Of a stretch of 64,000 nucleotides of DNA, positions 1 to 12,989 are shown piece by piece. A program made the translations under genes and the position numbers. The first letter of the stretch is position 1; every line of letters starts with the position of its first letter. Source of the stretch: Salpingoeca rosetta (lineage: Eukaryota > Protista > Choanoflagellata); contig JAWQFM010000035.1 in assembly GCA_033442325.1 (NCBI GenBank), positions 529,096 through 593,095 on the forward strand, read 5' to 3'. The notes under the pieces were generated by a model, which was not told the DNA's origin, made no database searches, and worked only from the letters and a program-made list of their open reading frames with translations.

Positions 1-87
<87 letters not shown>

Positions 88-120
88 TGCACACCCGCAA
101 CCCCCCCCCCCCATCCCCAG

Positions 121-1780
121 GGCGCATCTGGACCATGGTGACGTCCAGCTTCAGCCACGCATCCATGAGCCACTTCCTCATCAACATGTTTGTCTTCTTC
201 TCCTTCGGCATGCCAGTGAGTGGCCGCTTGTGTTTATGTGTCGGACAGGCTTGAGTGTGTGTCCTTTGTTCAACAGCCATTGCCACGCGTCCACTGCATT
301 CTTTCTGCTCTCCTGAAGCAAGCCGCACTTGCTGAATACACTCTCACACTCACTCACTCACACACTCACACTCACACACGTGCGCACACAAACCACCTTC
401 AGGTTGCTGCTGTCATGGGCCAACTGCCGTTTCTGCGGCTGTACCTGGCGGCGGCCGTGTCGACTGCCCTCGCTCATATCGGCTACTACACAATCCTCCT
501 GCCTCGCCTCCACCGTGCGTTGTAATCATGTGTGCCGAACGTGATGTGATGCGTGCAACACGAGTGGCGTGCGTACAGCAACGCACCCGTGTTTGCGTGC
601 GTGCGTGCGTGCATCTCTCGTTTTGCATCACCACCTCCGTAGCATGTACAATGCCTGATGCACGTGCAGACTGTTTTGCAGTCGCAAACACATACATATG
701 TCTAAGAATCGTCTCACCCCTCTCTCCACCTCCCCTCTTCCTTCTCTCTACCTCTCCTCCTTTCACACCTGTCGCCGCACGCACACGTGTACAGCCCATG
801 CGAACTTGACGGATCCTGGCAGCATCGGCGCGTCTGGTTGCGTCATGGCGGTGATGACGTATTTTGCTGCGCGCGCCCCACGTGCCACCGTCCTCCTCCT
901 CATCATTCCCGTCCCGGCCTGGCTCGCGGTGCGGCTGCTGTTTGTGCTGTTGTCTGTCTGTCTTTCTGTGTGTGTGTGTGTTCTTGTGTGTGTCTGTCTG
1001 TGTCTGTGTGTGTGTATGTGTGTGTGTGCGTCGAGTGCTCCACTCTTCTTGGTTCAATTCACTCTTTTCGTCTCTTCTCCTCTTCCTCTCTCTTTGTTCA
1101 CGTGCACTGCCTACGAATGCACACACACACACACATGCACACACACCCCCCCCCGTGTCAGGTGTCGCTGTTCATCACTGCTGATCTGTTTGGAGCGTTC
1201 AAGGGCGGAGGATCAGGCGTCCGCGGCGGGCCACGCATCGACAACGCCGTACGGCCCCACCGCCCGCGCATGCATGCATGAAAGAGGGGTTGAGGGGGTT
1301 GAGATGCCGTGATTCATTGTGCTGAGTGATTGACTGTAATTCTGTGTCCAAGGGAGGGCAGTTCATGGTCACATTCACTTATCACCACCACTCACACCTC
1401 TACCACACCACTACCTCTACCACACCACCACCACCCACCACCATCACCAGGGCCATCTGGGCGGTGCAGCCATGGGTTTGATCTGGCACCTGGCCACCCG
1501 AGGACGAAGCGGTGGCGGAAGTGGCGGTTATGGTGGTCGACAGGGCGTGTCACGTGCGGCGGCTGCGATGCGTCTCGCACGCCAACAGCGACAGCGACCA
1601 CCGCAGCCACAACCACCTGGCCCTGGACGGTACCGCTGGCGACCGCAGCCACCTCAGGAGCCAGGCAGACGCACATGGGGCAGGCGGTTGTACACGACCC
1701 TCGTCCAATCACACGCACAGCACACGCCGTTGGTACCGCCGCGTGTAGCGCATCCAGCACACATGCGGCGACACCAACAA

Positions 1781-1878
<98 letters not shown>

Positions 1879-1939
1879 GCAGCAGCAGCAGCAGCAACAC
1901 AGCAGGCTGCATGTACCAACACACTCCATGATGGTGTGA
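121..1939 (+). CDS. Rhomboid-family intramembrane serine protease, 5' end outside window, with C-terminal polyQ tail
   Basis: Exons 121-215, 403-514, 795-928, 1162-1248 and 1451-1939 join in frame across GT-AG introns. They give HFLINM (TM2), SIGASG (catalytic Ser) and DNA|GHLGG (catalytic His). Confidence 0.9.
1775..1897 (+). repeat. (CAA)n/(CAG)n coding microsatellite giving polyQ in the rhomboid last exon
   Basis: Direct reading of the sequence. Confidence 0.9.
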
Positions 1940-2824
1940 GGATCCATGCAGTCACAGACAAGAAGAAGGAAGGAGCACTCAACTCACCACTCCCCCACCC
2001 GCGTCTGCAACGAACCAGACAGCCATCGTCGTCTGTTCAAAACGCCTCGCTCGTTCTTCTTGTTCTTCTTGTTCTTCTTGTGTTTCCCTGACCACAACAA
2101 ACAGCCATGTCAGGTTTTCGCATTTCGTTATCCGCGCATTAAATCCAACGCATGTTTCCAACTTTTCTCTGCATTATGTATGATTTGATGCTTGTTTATG
2201 AATTTCAATCGGTGCACCGTTGCTCCGACATTCCTTTCCAACACAGTTCACAACCCAGTTCGCTGACAACCAATCATCGTTGCTGACGCCTGCCCGATAC
2301 ACCAACGCGAACACGCATACGCGGCAACCGAAGGTGGGTGCGAGCAAAAACCGAGTTTGAGGCATCGCCAACACCTTCCACCCATCCAAGAAGGAAGAGG
2401 AAGGAGCACCTGTGCTTGTTGCGGAGAACCGGCCATCGCAAGCAATCGAACCGAGCAAACGCCAACAAGCAAAGCAAACATTTCTCATCTCCCATCTCCC
2501 CTCACCACACAACGACATTGACCCAATACAGCCAACGAAACAACGCCTGAAGGCAACAACCACACACACGCACACACACACACACGCACACTCACTCGCT
2601 CAAGCACACACTCAAGCACACACACACACATCGTCGCTTCACCCTGCAACAGCACTCAGACAACAACACTCGCAGCTGTTGTCGTCTGGTTTCACCGCCA
2701 TGAACTCGGGTACGACAATGCAAAGCCACACGCGTGTGACATACGTGTGCATGCATTTGCTGGAACCGTGTTTGCACCTCGCTCCCACGCCGTCACACAG
2801 AGTGTGTTCTTTCTTACCTCTGCA

Positions 2825-3952
2825 ATGTCGACTATTCTTGCAGACACGAGCACGCCGCCTCGTAGGCGTCGGTCGTTCTCCCCAAAGTTCAGCAGCATCT
2901 TCCGCAAGTCCCGCCGAAGTGAGTTGCCTGCATGCAGCGTTGGACGTGTGTGTGTGTGTCTGTCTGTGTGTGCGCGTATTCTCGTATTTGCATGTGTATG
3001 TGTGCACATGACACTTGTCTATCTCAACATGGCATCGTTCTCTAAGTTGCAGTCCTTCACCTTTCAAGCATTGCACAACTTCTTCCACTCACGCAACACC
3101 CAATGATGTCAACCAATCACAATGGCAGGCTCGACTGCGCCCGAAAGCCCGGCCGAACCGCTGAACCAGCCCTCTGCGCGTGGGGCCAGCAAGGACAAGA
3201 GCAGCGAGAAGCTTGGTGCCACAGGAAGCCGCCTGTCCATCGTCTCAGAGGCAGAGGAGGACGTGGATGACTTTGATGTGCGAAGCATCGTCGTCACGCC
3301 ATCGGACACTGCGCCCATTGCGTGCGTGTCCGCGCCATGTCCCCGCGCAGCTCTCCGCTCGTTCCGCCGGCCGCTCTTCGGCCTCTGTGCCGTCCGCGTT
3401 GAGAGCTCAACAACAGCAGCAACGTCGATGCCTATCCAGAGGAGGACGTGGATGACTTTGATGTGCGAAGCATCGTCGTCACGCCATCGGACACTGCGCC
3501 CATTGCGTGCGTGTCCGCGCCAATGTCCCCGCGCAGCTCTCCGCTCGTTCGCCGCCGCTCTTCGGCCTCTGGTGCCGTCCGCGTTGAGAGCTCAACAACA
3601 GCAGCAACAATGGCTGGTGCGACGGGAACAGCGCAGGGGACAAGAGTGTCTTCAGGGCGAAGCAGCAACGATTCCGTTGTGGTTGAAGGCATTGACCCGT
3701 CCAGCGAAGGCACGTCGAGCGACGCAGAGTGTCTGCAGGCAACGCACGCGGGCCTGGATCGCAACTCGTCCCAGGAGTCAAGCTCGGAGGATAACTTGGG
3801 CACGCGCAACCTGGGTGATGGATTCACCTTCAACCGCCACTCCACGCGCATGCAATCCCTTGTCCACCACCGCGAAGGGTGAGTCACCCTTGTCTATCTC
3901 TCTGTTTGTGCTTGTATGGGTTTGCATGTGTTTGTGTTTGCATGTGTTTGTA

Positions 3953-3985
<33 letters not shown>

Positions 3986-5778
3986 TTGTATGTGTGTGTG
4001 TGTGTGTGTGTGTGCAAGTATGGGGGTTAAATGGCTGATTGCAGCAACCACCAGCAGTTGCACCACCAACAGTAGCAGCAACAGCTGTCGCTCGGATGCT
4101 TACCCTAATGGGCGATTTGGCTTGCCTGCAGGCACACGGGCGATCGCGGCACCTTCAATGCATCACGATCCGTCCGGCACCGCCGACGCAAGTCCCGCAA
4201 CATCGAAGACACCCTGGTCCGTTGCACTGCACGTGTTGCCATGTACTGATGTATCCATGAGTTGTGTGTGCGTGTGCGTGTGCGTGTGTGTACTTATGTG
4301 CGAATGCGTGCGTGTGTGTACTTATGTGCGCATGTGTGTGTCTGACATGACAAAGTTTCTGATGTGTTTCAGCAACACAACGATTGCTTGAACAGCGCAC
4401 GAGTGTTGTTCACCACTTCTCACACAACAACTTCTTGCGGGTTCATGCTGGCAACAACAGGGATCAGTGGACATGATGAAGATGATTGCAGCAAAGTAAG
4501 CATGTGTGCTTGCATTCCACTACAGCGGTGATCTTGCCTTTCTGACCCTTCAACAACCCCCACAGCGCGCGCGCGCGTGTGTGTGTGTGTGTGCCTGTGT
4601 GTGTGTGTGCCTGTGTGTGTTTGTGTCTCACTCACCCGCCATGATGTTCACCCCCACCTGCCACCCTATTCTCGTGTTTGTCTCCGCTGACAGCAACAAC
4701 AAGCGCCGCTGCCTCAAGTTCCGCGCCGCGCTCAGCCGTTCCATTCGCAGCCACACCCAGGAGAAGGGTGAGAGCAAACGCATGCGTGTGTGTCTGCGTG
4801 CGTGTGGGGGTGTGCGCGTGTGTGTTTCCGGGAAATTACGCTCTTCTTTCGAATGACATAAGCGCACGCTGCGTTCACGTGCACTCTCACGTGCACTCAC
4901 TCGTCCTCTTGTGCCGCTGCCACAGAGTTCTTTGAGCTTGAGGACGTGCAGGCACTCATGACCGAGTTGGAAGTGAACAAGGACCTGATTGGCCCAATCT
5001 CGGAGGAAATTCGTGCGTGCAACTGGATCACTGATATGGATGGCGATGCAAGCAAGCAGAAGGCCAACATTGCACCTTGCACATGCTTTCCACCTCTCTC
5101 ACACCCCACACATACCCACACATACCGGCACATAACCGCACATGCCCGCAATTACCCACTCACGTGCATGCACGCACACACAACTACCCACCCGCGCTCT
5201 CTCTTTCACAGTGCGTGACGCTGGCAAGGATGGACGGATCCATGCCCTCGAGCTTGCGTCATCGCTCATGGAAAGGGAGGACCGTATCCTAGGCCTGGGC
5301 AAAATGGACGAGCCTGCCAACCCCATCGAAAGCCGCTCCGGAAGCCTGGCTGGGTGCGTGCATTCGTGGCGCGCGCGCGTGTGTATGTCGTGCGTGCGTG
5401 TGTGTGTGTGTGTGTGTCGTGCATGTGTGTGTGCGTGTATGTGTGTGCGTGTATGTGTGTGTGTCGTGCGTGTGCGTGTGTGTCGTGCGTGTGTCGTGCA
5501 TGTATGTGGGTGTGCTTTTGTACATGCGTACACCCATGCATGCATTGTATGCGTGATGAATGCTCACTTCGCTTCATTCTTGCTCTGCGCCTTGTGACTT
5601 CATTCTCTCAATCACTCACACACCCTGTTCTGTGGACCTTGCGTGTGAATGTTTCGTGTTCCGGTTGCCTGCAGGCTCTTCAGCCCCGAATTGGCGGAGG
5701 CGCGACGCCGGTTGAAGAATGCACAGGACACCATGGCTCAGATGCAAACAAAGCATACCGAAGAGGTGCAATGTTGGG

Positions 5779-5813
<35 letters not shown>

Positions 5814-7101
5814 CGTGTGCGTGCGAACTCTCACACTGTGTGTATGCGGGTTGATTTGGACCGCGGCCAATGCTTGCTTGTAGCCCTGTGCACGCGACAT
5901 CCTGGTGTTTATGCTCACGTACATTATCACAACTCCTCCACACCCTTCGATTCGTATTGCTCAGGTCATGGCCCTTCAAGCGAGGATTGCGGCGCTGGAG
6001 AAACAAGACGGTATTTTGGATGAAAGCGGCATGAAGACTGTGGAAATGAAGGATGCACCACGACACAATTACGTCACAAGCACACATGTGCACAGGCACA
6101 CAGTTGCACAGGCACACATTTGCACAAGCACACATTTGCACAAACCACAACAAATCGTAACTCGTCTGCACAAACACTCATCAAATACACGCACACACAC
6201 GCCCCCCCCCCACGCCTCACCATCCTGCACCATTGACATGAACGTATGTGCGTGTGCATGTACGTGTGTACACCCTCAGCTGCCGGCCCGCGTCGCCGCC
6301 ACGTTGCTCCCCGCCGCACGTGCGTTTCATTGCGCGACATGCTCCGTGATGCTTGCAAACTCGTGTTTGTATTGTACCACACGCGTGCACGAGTCTTGAG
6401 GTGCCCATGTCAACACACACACACACACATACACACATACACGGGAGCTCACATGCAATGGTCTGCCCGCATTCGCCTCTGTTTCTCTTTCCATCCACAC
6501 GTGTGCAGGAGCGTGACCTCTGTTGAATCTGATCGCGCCAGTCGCCCATCACCCGCAGCCTCACAGCCACGCAAAGGTGAGATGACACACGAAACCGTGC
6601 GAGTGACAAAACACTGTGACGCTCTGGTGGTGTTGTTCATGCGCCATTATGTTCAGCCAAATCCCCTCGCTCACACCACACACATACGCACACTCATGCA
6701 CATACACACACGTACGCGCACACATACACACATGCAGCACTGCGCGATACAGACACGCAGACGTCGACGCAGACGTCGACAAGCAATCTGCTGGCCACAC
6801 AGACCGAAAGCATCAAGACAGAAAGCGTGTCAACGTCAACAATGTTGTTGCAAGTGATGACGCGACACGCCCCTGTTGTCAGCAGGATGGCGCTGAGCAA
6901 ACGACAACAGCAGCAACGGCACAGGAAGAGACACAAGAGGATGCAACAGATCAGTCTTATGATGAGAATGACCAGTCCATCGAAGGACAGGTGGACGCCG
7001 TCGCCACTCTTCCGCCGAACCTCGTCGCCTCTCTCAAGGACGATCGCGTCCGTCAGCTCGAGGTGTGAACACGCGTGCGCGCACTCGCATTTGGTTTTGA
7101 G

Positions 7102-7150
<49 letters not shown>

Positions 7151-7285
7151 TGTGTGTGTGTGCATGTCCGCGCACATGTGCTTGTCTACGTCAACAGAAA
7201 TTCATGATTGTGCGTCCTCTCTCAGGCTGAGTGCTCTTCGCTACTGTGGTTGCATTTCGCTTGCGTTCGCCCAAGCTGTGTGTGT

Positions 7286-7317
<32 letters not shown>

Positions 7318-7920
7318 TACAGCACCCACTCACTCTCGAATGTCTCTCTCTCTGCTTGGATGCTTGCAGGCACAACTTCAGCTTCTGCGCCGCGCGTTTG
7401 AAATGGAGGCGCTGAGCGAGGACGGTCTGTCTGCAGGTGTGTGTGCGTGTGCATGCTGCTTTGCTTGTGTATGCCTGGCAGCTGTTGTGCACATTGGTGT
7501 CCAAATGGTGCTTTCAAATTCACTCACGACTGTTTTATACATTCGCGCACGCTCTCGTTGACAGTACTTCCATCCGACCTCCAGCAACTCAAGGAGAAGA
7601 GTGCGTTGTTGTTGCTTGCACGCATGCATGGCACGCGCATCATGTTTCCTGTGTGTGCACAACGACACCGAACCCCATACGCACACATACACTCACACAC
7701 GTACACCATACACGCACACCATACACGCACACCATACGCACAAAACCACAACACACACACACACACATGCAGGCGCCAAACTGCAGGAGCTGCAAGTCAC
7801 CGTCAATGCCCTCCAAGCACGAAACCGCTCCCTGGAGGTGTGGCGTAACGTTGACCCCGCGCTGCTGGCCACTGCATTGCTGCTTTTTCGAAGAATTTGG
7901 TTCATTTGTGCATGCACATG

Positions 7921-7967
<47 letters not shown>

Positions 7968-9745
7968 AATCTCTTTCACCCGCCCCGGCCCCCATTCACA
8001 CACGCACACATAACGCATGCAATGCGGCACCACAACAGCAAGCTCTGGCAAACCAGGACAAAGTGTACCGCGCACACGTGTCTGTGCTGCAGGCAACACA
8101 GGAGCCAAACGCGGACATTGAACCCCTCTTGCGTCAAGTGCACAAGCAGATTTCACTTCAGCGCCAGCTTGTGGACCAGCTTCTGAGTGATCTCGAAGCC
8201 AGGTGGGCACCACAGCCGTTGCATTGAACGTGCCGTTGTGCAGTGACGGCTTATGAACGCACGCATGTGTTACATTGCTTTTCTCGCACGGCATTCCACT
8301 TGCTGTTTCAATCCTACTCACAGTTCCATGCTGCTCTTCTCAAACACGCACATACACACAACTGGCACGCACACGCATACACACACACACACACGCATGC
8401 ACACATATACACGCATACACGCATACGCACGTGCACGCACACACGTATTCAGCAAAACGGAGCTCGCATCACACATCAGCGACAACACCGATCTCATTGT
8501 TGAGCGTGATGAGGTGCGTCGTACGCTGTTCGTCTGTTTGCTTGTTGTGTGGATGGTGTGACTGACAATGTGCATGCGTGCATGGTTCGCACACAGCAGC
8601 AAAACACCCCCACTCCACAGCGAATACAACCCTCACCAGCACCACCACCACCCTCATCGCTGTTACCACCTTCACCACGACGCTCAACATCACCAAACCA
8701 CTCCAGCTGTACCGGCGACTGCAGAGTGCCGAGTCGCGGCGTCCAAACGCATCCCGTCTTCAGCGGAGGTGAGATGAGGCAACGGCAAGTGGTGATGCTT
8801 CAAGACATGGGGATGTGTGTGCATGGGTGTGGGTGTGGGTGTGGGTGTGGGTGTGGGTGTGGGTGTGGGTGTGGGTGTGGGTGTGTGTGGGTGGGTGTGG
8901 GTGTGTGTGGGTGTGGGTGTGGGTGTGTACATAGGGTCAGTCATGCTGATGGGGCCAGGTTGAACATGGATACAACAGCATGAAGACATCACAGTCACTG
9001 CTTGTTTCCCTGCAACCCCTTCGTGATCATGCTGGTTCCTTCTTCTCACGCCAAACGCCATCACTTCGTGCGCTCGCGTCTCCCCTGTCTTGCCTGTCTG
9101 CTTCCACTCCATCAGATACCAGGCGCTTGTTGCATCATACGATCAGAGCCTCACGGACATCAGCAACCACTACATCCAGACCCTGAATACCCTTGCCGAG
9201 GTGAGCAACGTGTCATCTGCGTTGTTGGTGTCAACTTCATTATGGCGACTGTGCCTCCACACTTGCCGTGACATCTTAACGTGACATCGCATCGTCAAAT
9301 ACACACACTCTCACTCACACACACGCACACACACACTCTCACGCTCACACTCACACTCACACTCACCCCCACACGCCTTCCCCTGCAGGCAACGTCGCTG
9401 GAACATGTGCGTTCTGCAACAACGGACATCAAGTCCACCCTGCAGCAGCATCTGCAGGAGTTGCGCAACACGCTGGACGAAGAAACCAAGGTGGCACAGC
9501 AATTTGCACGCGCCATGACCTTGGATGACGACAACAACGACGACGACGATGACGACGACGACGAATACGACGATGACAACGTGCAACACAACGACAGCAT
9601 TGGCTCGGTCACGGCTGATCAGACGGCCACCCGCACCCACGCGGGTACGAGCACCCATCACCGTGCGAGTGCCACGAGTAGCGCCAACGCAACAGACGGT
9701 GGAAGTCAGCAGCAAACGCTTTCACGCCAAGACACTGTCAACAGC

Positions 9746-9777
<32 letters not shown>

Positions 9778-11746
9778 CGCCAGTGCCACAGACCGCACTG
9801 GTGGGTCTGCTTCTGCTGGCACCAGCAAGGCCACGCGCAACGTTCGCGGTGCCATGCGACTGTTGGATGAGTCTGACGCAATTCCGGACACGGACGGCGG
9901 ATTCAAGGACTCGCTGTCCATCCACACGCCTTCATCACGTGCGTCCCAGACACTCAATGACAGTATGGACGCCAACTTTTCGCGCATGTCATGGGATATG
10001 ACAGGCACGTCGCTGCATGCCGACGACATGGCGTGCGAAGCGAACATCCCCACCACCATCGATGAGGAAGCCGAGGGCGGCGCAGTGCAAGCTACCACCA
10101 TGCAACTGCGGCAAGGGTATCCACCTCACACCCACAACCTCAACCACTACACCGGCGGTGGTGATGGTGATGGTGACGGTGACGATGATGGTGGTGAGCT
10201 CGACGACCACAACGATGTCGGTGGCCTGAACGTGAGCGGACGGTTTGACGGTGACGGTTATGGGGATGAAGAGCGGGAGGTGCGCGATTTCCAGCGCATT
10301 GCTCTGTGGGCACAGCACGTGCATGACATGCACACGAACGAGAGCAAGAGCAGCGCTGATATTGGTGACATAGGTGACAACAGCACTGTAGCAGCGGCAA
10401 CAGCAGATGCTGTTGGTGAAGTAACACCCGACCAAAGCAGCAGTGCTGGGCAAGACACCGAGCCTGGCCAAGGGAAGAATGCCTCATCATCCAACCTCAG
10501 TGCCAGCAGCGAAATTGTGCTGCCTGCGGGCAAATCAAGCAGCGGTGTCCGCACCCCACGCATCAGTGTCACGGAGGAAGCCGCACCAGCTTCACTGCAG
10601 GGGAGCAAGGAAGGGACACCCGAGCTCAAGCCAGTCACGGAAGCAAGCGAGACTGACGTTGACGCAGTCACTGCAGGTGCAACAGCTGCAGCAACCACAG
10701 CTACTGCTGACACGAAAGCACAGACATCAACAGCACTCCCCAATCGCACGTCGAATGGTTCGATTGTTGCGCCGCCACCAACGACAGCTGCCGGAAAGCC
10801 GCGCCTGTTTGCGTCCACGTCATCCAAAGAGGCGGGTACAGACACACAGGCGACACACACGCAGCAGCAGCCGTTGAAGACGGTGAGCGAGGACGAATCA
10901 GCCGCACCAGCAACACGTGTTGAGAGCAAGAAACAGCACGAACAGCACGAACAGCACGAGCAGGAACAACAAAAAGAGCAGCAAAAGCAGCAGCAGCAGG
11001 AAGCAAAGGAGCAAGAACAGAAGACAGGCAATGGTGAATCACAGGTGCTCGCCTCTGCAATGCAGCAGGCACAAGGCGCGGTGGCACAGGCTGCCAACAC
11101 TGGAGCCATGCAGACCACCACAGATGCACAACAACCTCAAAACCAGCCACAACAACAACATCAACAGCATCAGCAACAACACTCTGCGACTGCAGCCGAC
11201 ACGACAAACACTGGGCTGTTGACGCGCGCTCCAATGTCACCTGGTCCCCGGGCACGCGCGCCCACGTCGCCATCCAGCCCCTCCACGTGGCGACGGTCCT
11301 CCTTCCGGCTCGAAGTCGATCTGGACAGGTTTGAACGCGACGGGCTCGAAGCTGCAGTGGAGGTGATTGAAACACCAAGCAGTCCCGTCAAGCATGGGTT
11401 CTTTGGAGGTGCGACCACACCCACGAGCACCACATCTGACGAATCCAAGCGCGTTACGCAACGTGATGTGAAGGCCACGCCCCTTGACATGTTGCATCGC
11501 CAGCATCAACTCGATGACAATGATGCCGCTGCCAAGCGCTCGACCGCTGACAGCATCCAGTTCAGCACCACCGCCTCTGCTCACGGTAACGGCAGTGGCA
11601 CCGACAACGACACGGGCAAGGTGAGCGGTGGTGGAATGACAGACACCACAGCAGCAACCTTTGGTGCACATGTGACCAACGACCAGGCGAAGGACGTCGA
11701 ACCGGTCGAACGCGTCCTCCAGCAAGCAAAGGTGCGCAAATGTGTG

Positions 11747-11782
<36 letters not shown>

Positions 11783-12281
11783 GTTGAAACAGAGGTGTTG
11801 CTTGAGCTCGTTCTGTTCCACCTTCTCTGTCAACACCACCGGCTTTGCATGACCTTCTTTGTGTCCGTGTCATTCGCCGACGTCTTGGCTTCCTCACCTC
11901 CCTCAACTTTACTCATCACTATCACCACCACTACCCACCCATGTGCAGGCGCGTGTGAACCGGTATGCGAGCATGCGCAGCAAGCGGAGTGTGCGAGCGC
12001 GCCAGCCAAGTCGCGGCAAGTTCATGCGCCAGAGCGTGCGGTCTCGCAGCAACACGGTGTCGGCGTCGTCACAGCAGGGCAACCGGCCCCTCTCCTTCTA
12101 CGACAACATGCCCGTCAGCGCGTTTGTGGCCATTGGTGCGACCACCACAGCACACGCGGGGACCATGACAACAAGCCAGGGCCAGGGTCAAGTCCAGAGT
12201 CACGGTCAGGGTGAGCCACGTGCACGTGTGCAGTCCACAAGCAGCGGCACAGGCGGCGCACGCAAGATTGCAATTGTGTGA
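2825..12281 (+). CDS. Large multi-exon hypothetical protein: EF-hand-like segment, long coiled coil, disordered Ser/Thr/Gln-rich C-terminal region
   Basis: Chain of GT-AG exons from MSTILADT (2825). It includes FELEDVQALMTEL..VRDAGKDGRIHALEL (EF-hand-like), heptad exons (AKLQELQVTVNALQARNRSLE and others), a ~2.3 kb exon at 9389-11731, and a last exon ending RKIAIV* at 12281. The start codon and some exons are uncertain. Confidence 0.65.
3252..3608 (+). repeat. ~172 bp imperfect tandem duplication inside an exon (3252-3423 and 3437-3608)
   Basis: Two copies starting cagaggaggacgtggatgac. They differ by single-base indels and are offset by 185 bp, which is a frameshift. Confidence 0.85.
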
Positions 12282-12989
12282 TTGGACGACTGCAGAAGAA
12301 GGTGGAGGTGGTGTGTGGTGTGGGATGTGAGGGGGGCAGGGAGATGGATCGAAGGGTTGGAGAAGGGTGGGGTTAAGTTGGCCGTTGTCGTGGTGCTGGT
12401 GGTGGTGCTGGTGATGGTGCTGGTGGCAGGCAGAAAGGAAGGAAAGGCGGGGATGGCACGTGCACGTTGCTTTCTGTGAGTGAAATAAGGGAACATGTGC
12501 GCAACGAGTGTCACAGTTGTTGATTGCGTAGCGGTAGCTCAAGAGTGGTTGCTCGGTCGTGATTTTTGATTCTTGTGTGTTGCTTTCTTTGATGTCACAG
12601 AACGTCTGCAACCTCTCTCCTCCCATAGCAGTTGCAGTGAAAATGGGTATGCGGTTGAACTCGTGTGTGTGTGCATGTGTTTGTCGTTGATGGTTACTAC
12701 TACCGGGTTGATGCAACCGATGTGCATGAACCAGTGAACGAAGAGCACATGAACGAACGAACAAACAAGCGACCGAAACAAGTCTGCATGAAAGCAGACG
12801 CCAAACGAATTCAAGCAAGCAAAGCCATGAGCACAGCTGCCCTCATCAAACAAAGCTGGAACTGGATGTGTCGTGGACACGAATGTGATCATGATGGTGG
12901 TGATGGCGAAACGGGGTGATTGGAGACACAGAACACATGGCAAAAAGGAAGCAGAAAACATCACAAGGGAACAAGGGTTCGGAAGAGGG

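Noticed and set aside
3252-3608. Exonic tandem duplication as a programmed frameshift or mutually exclusive exon
   Set aside because: Copy 1 differs from copy 2 by scattered single-base indels and the 185 bp offset breaks the frame. A low-quality read-end mis-join is the simplest explanation, and raw reads would be needed to decide.
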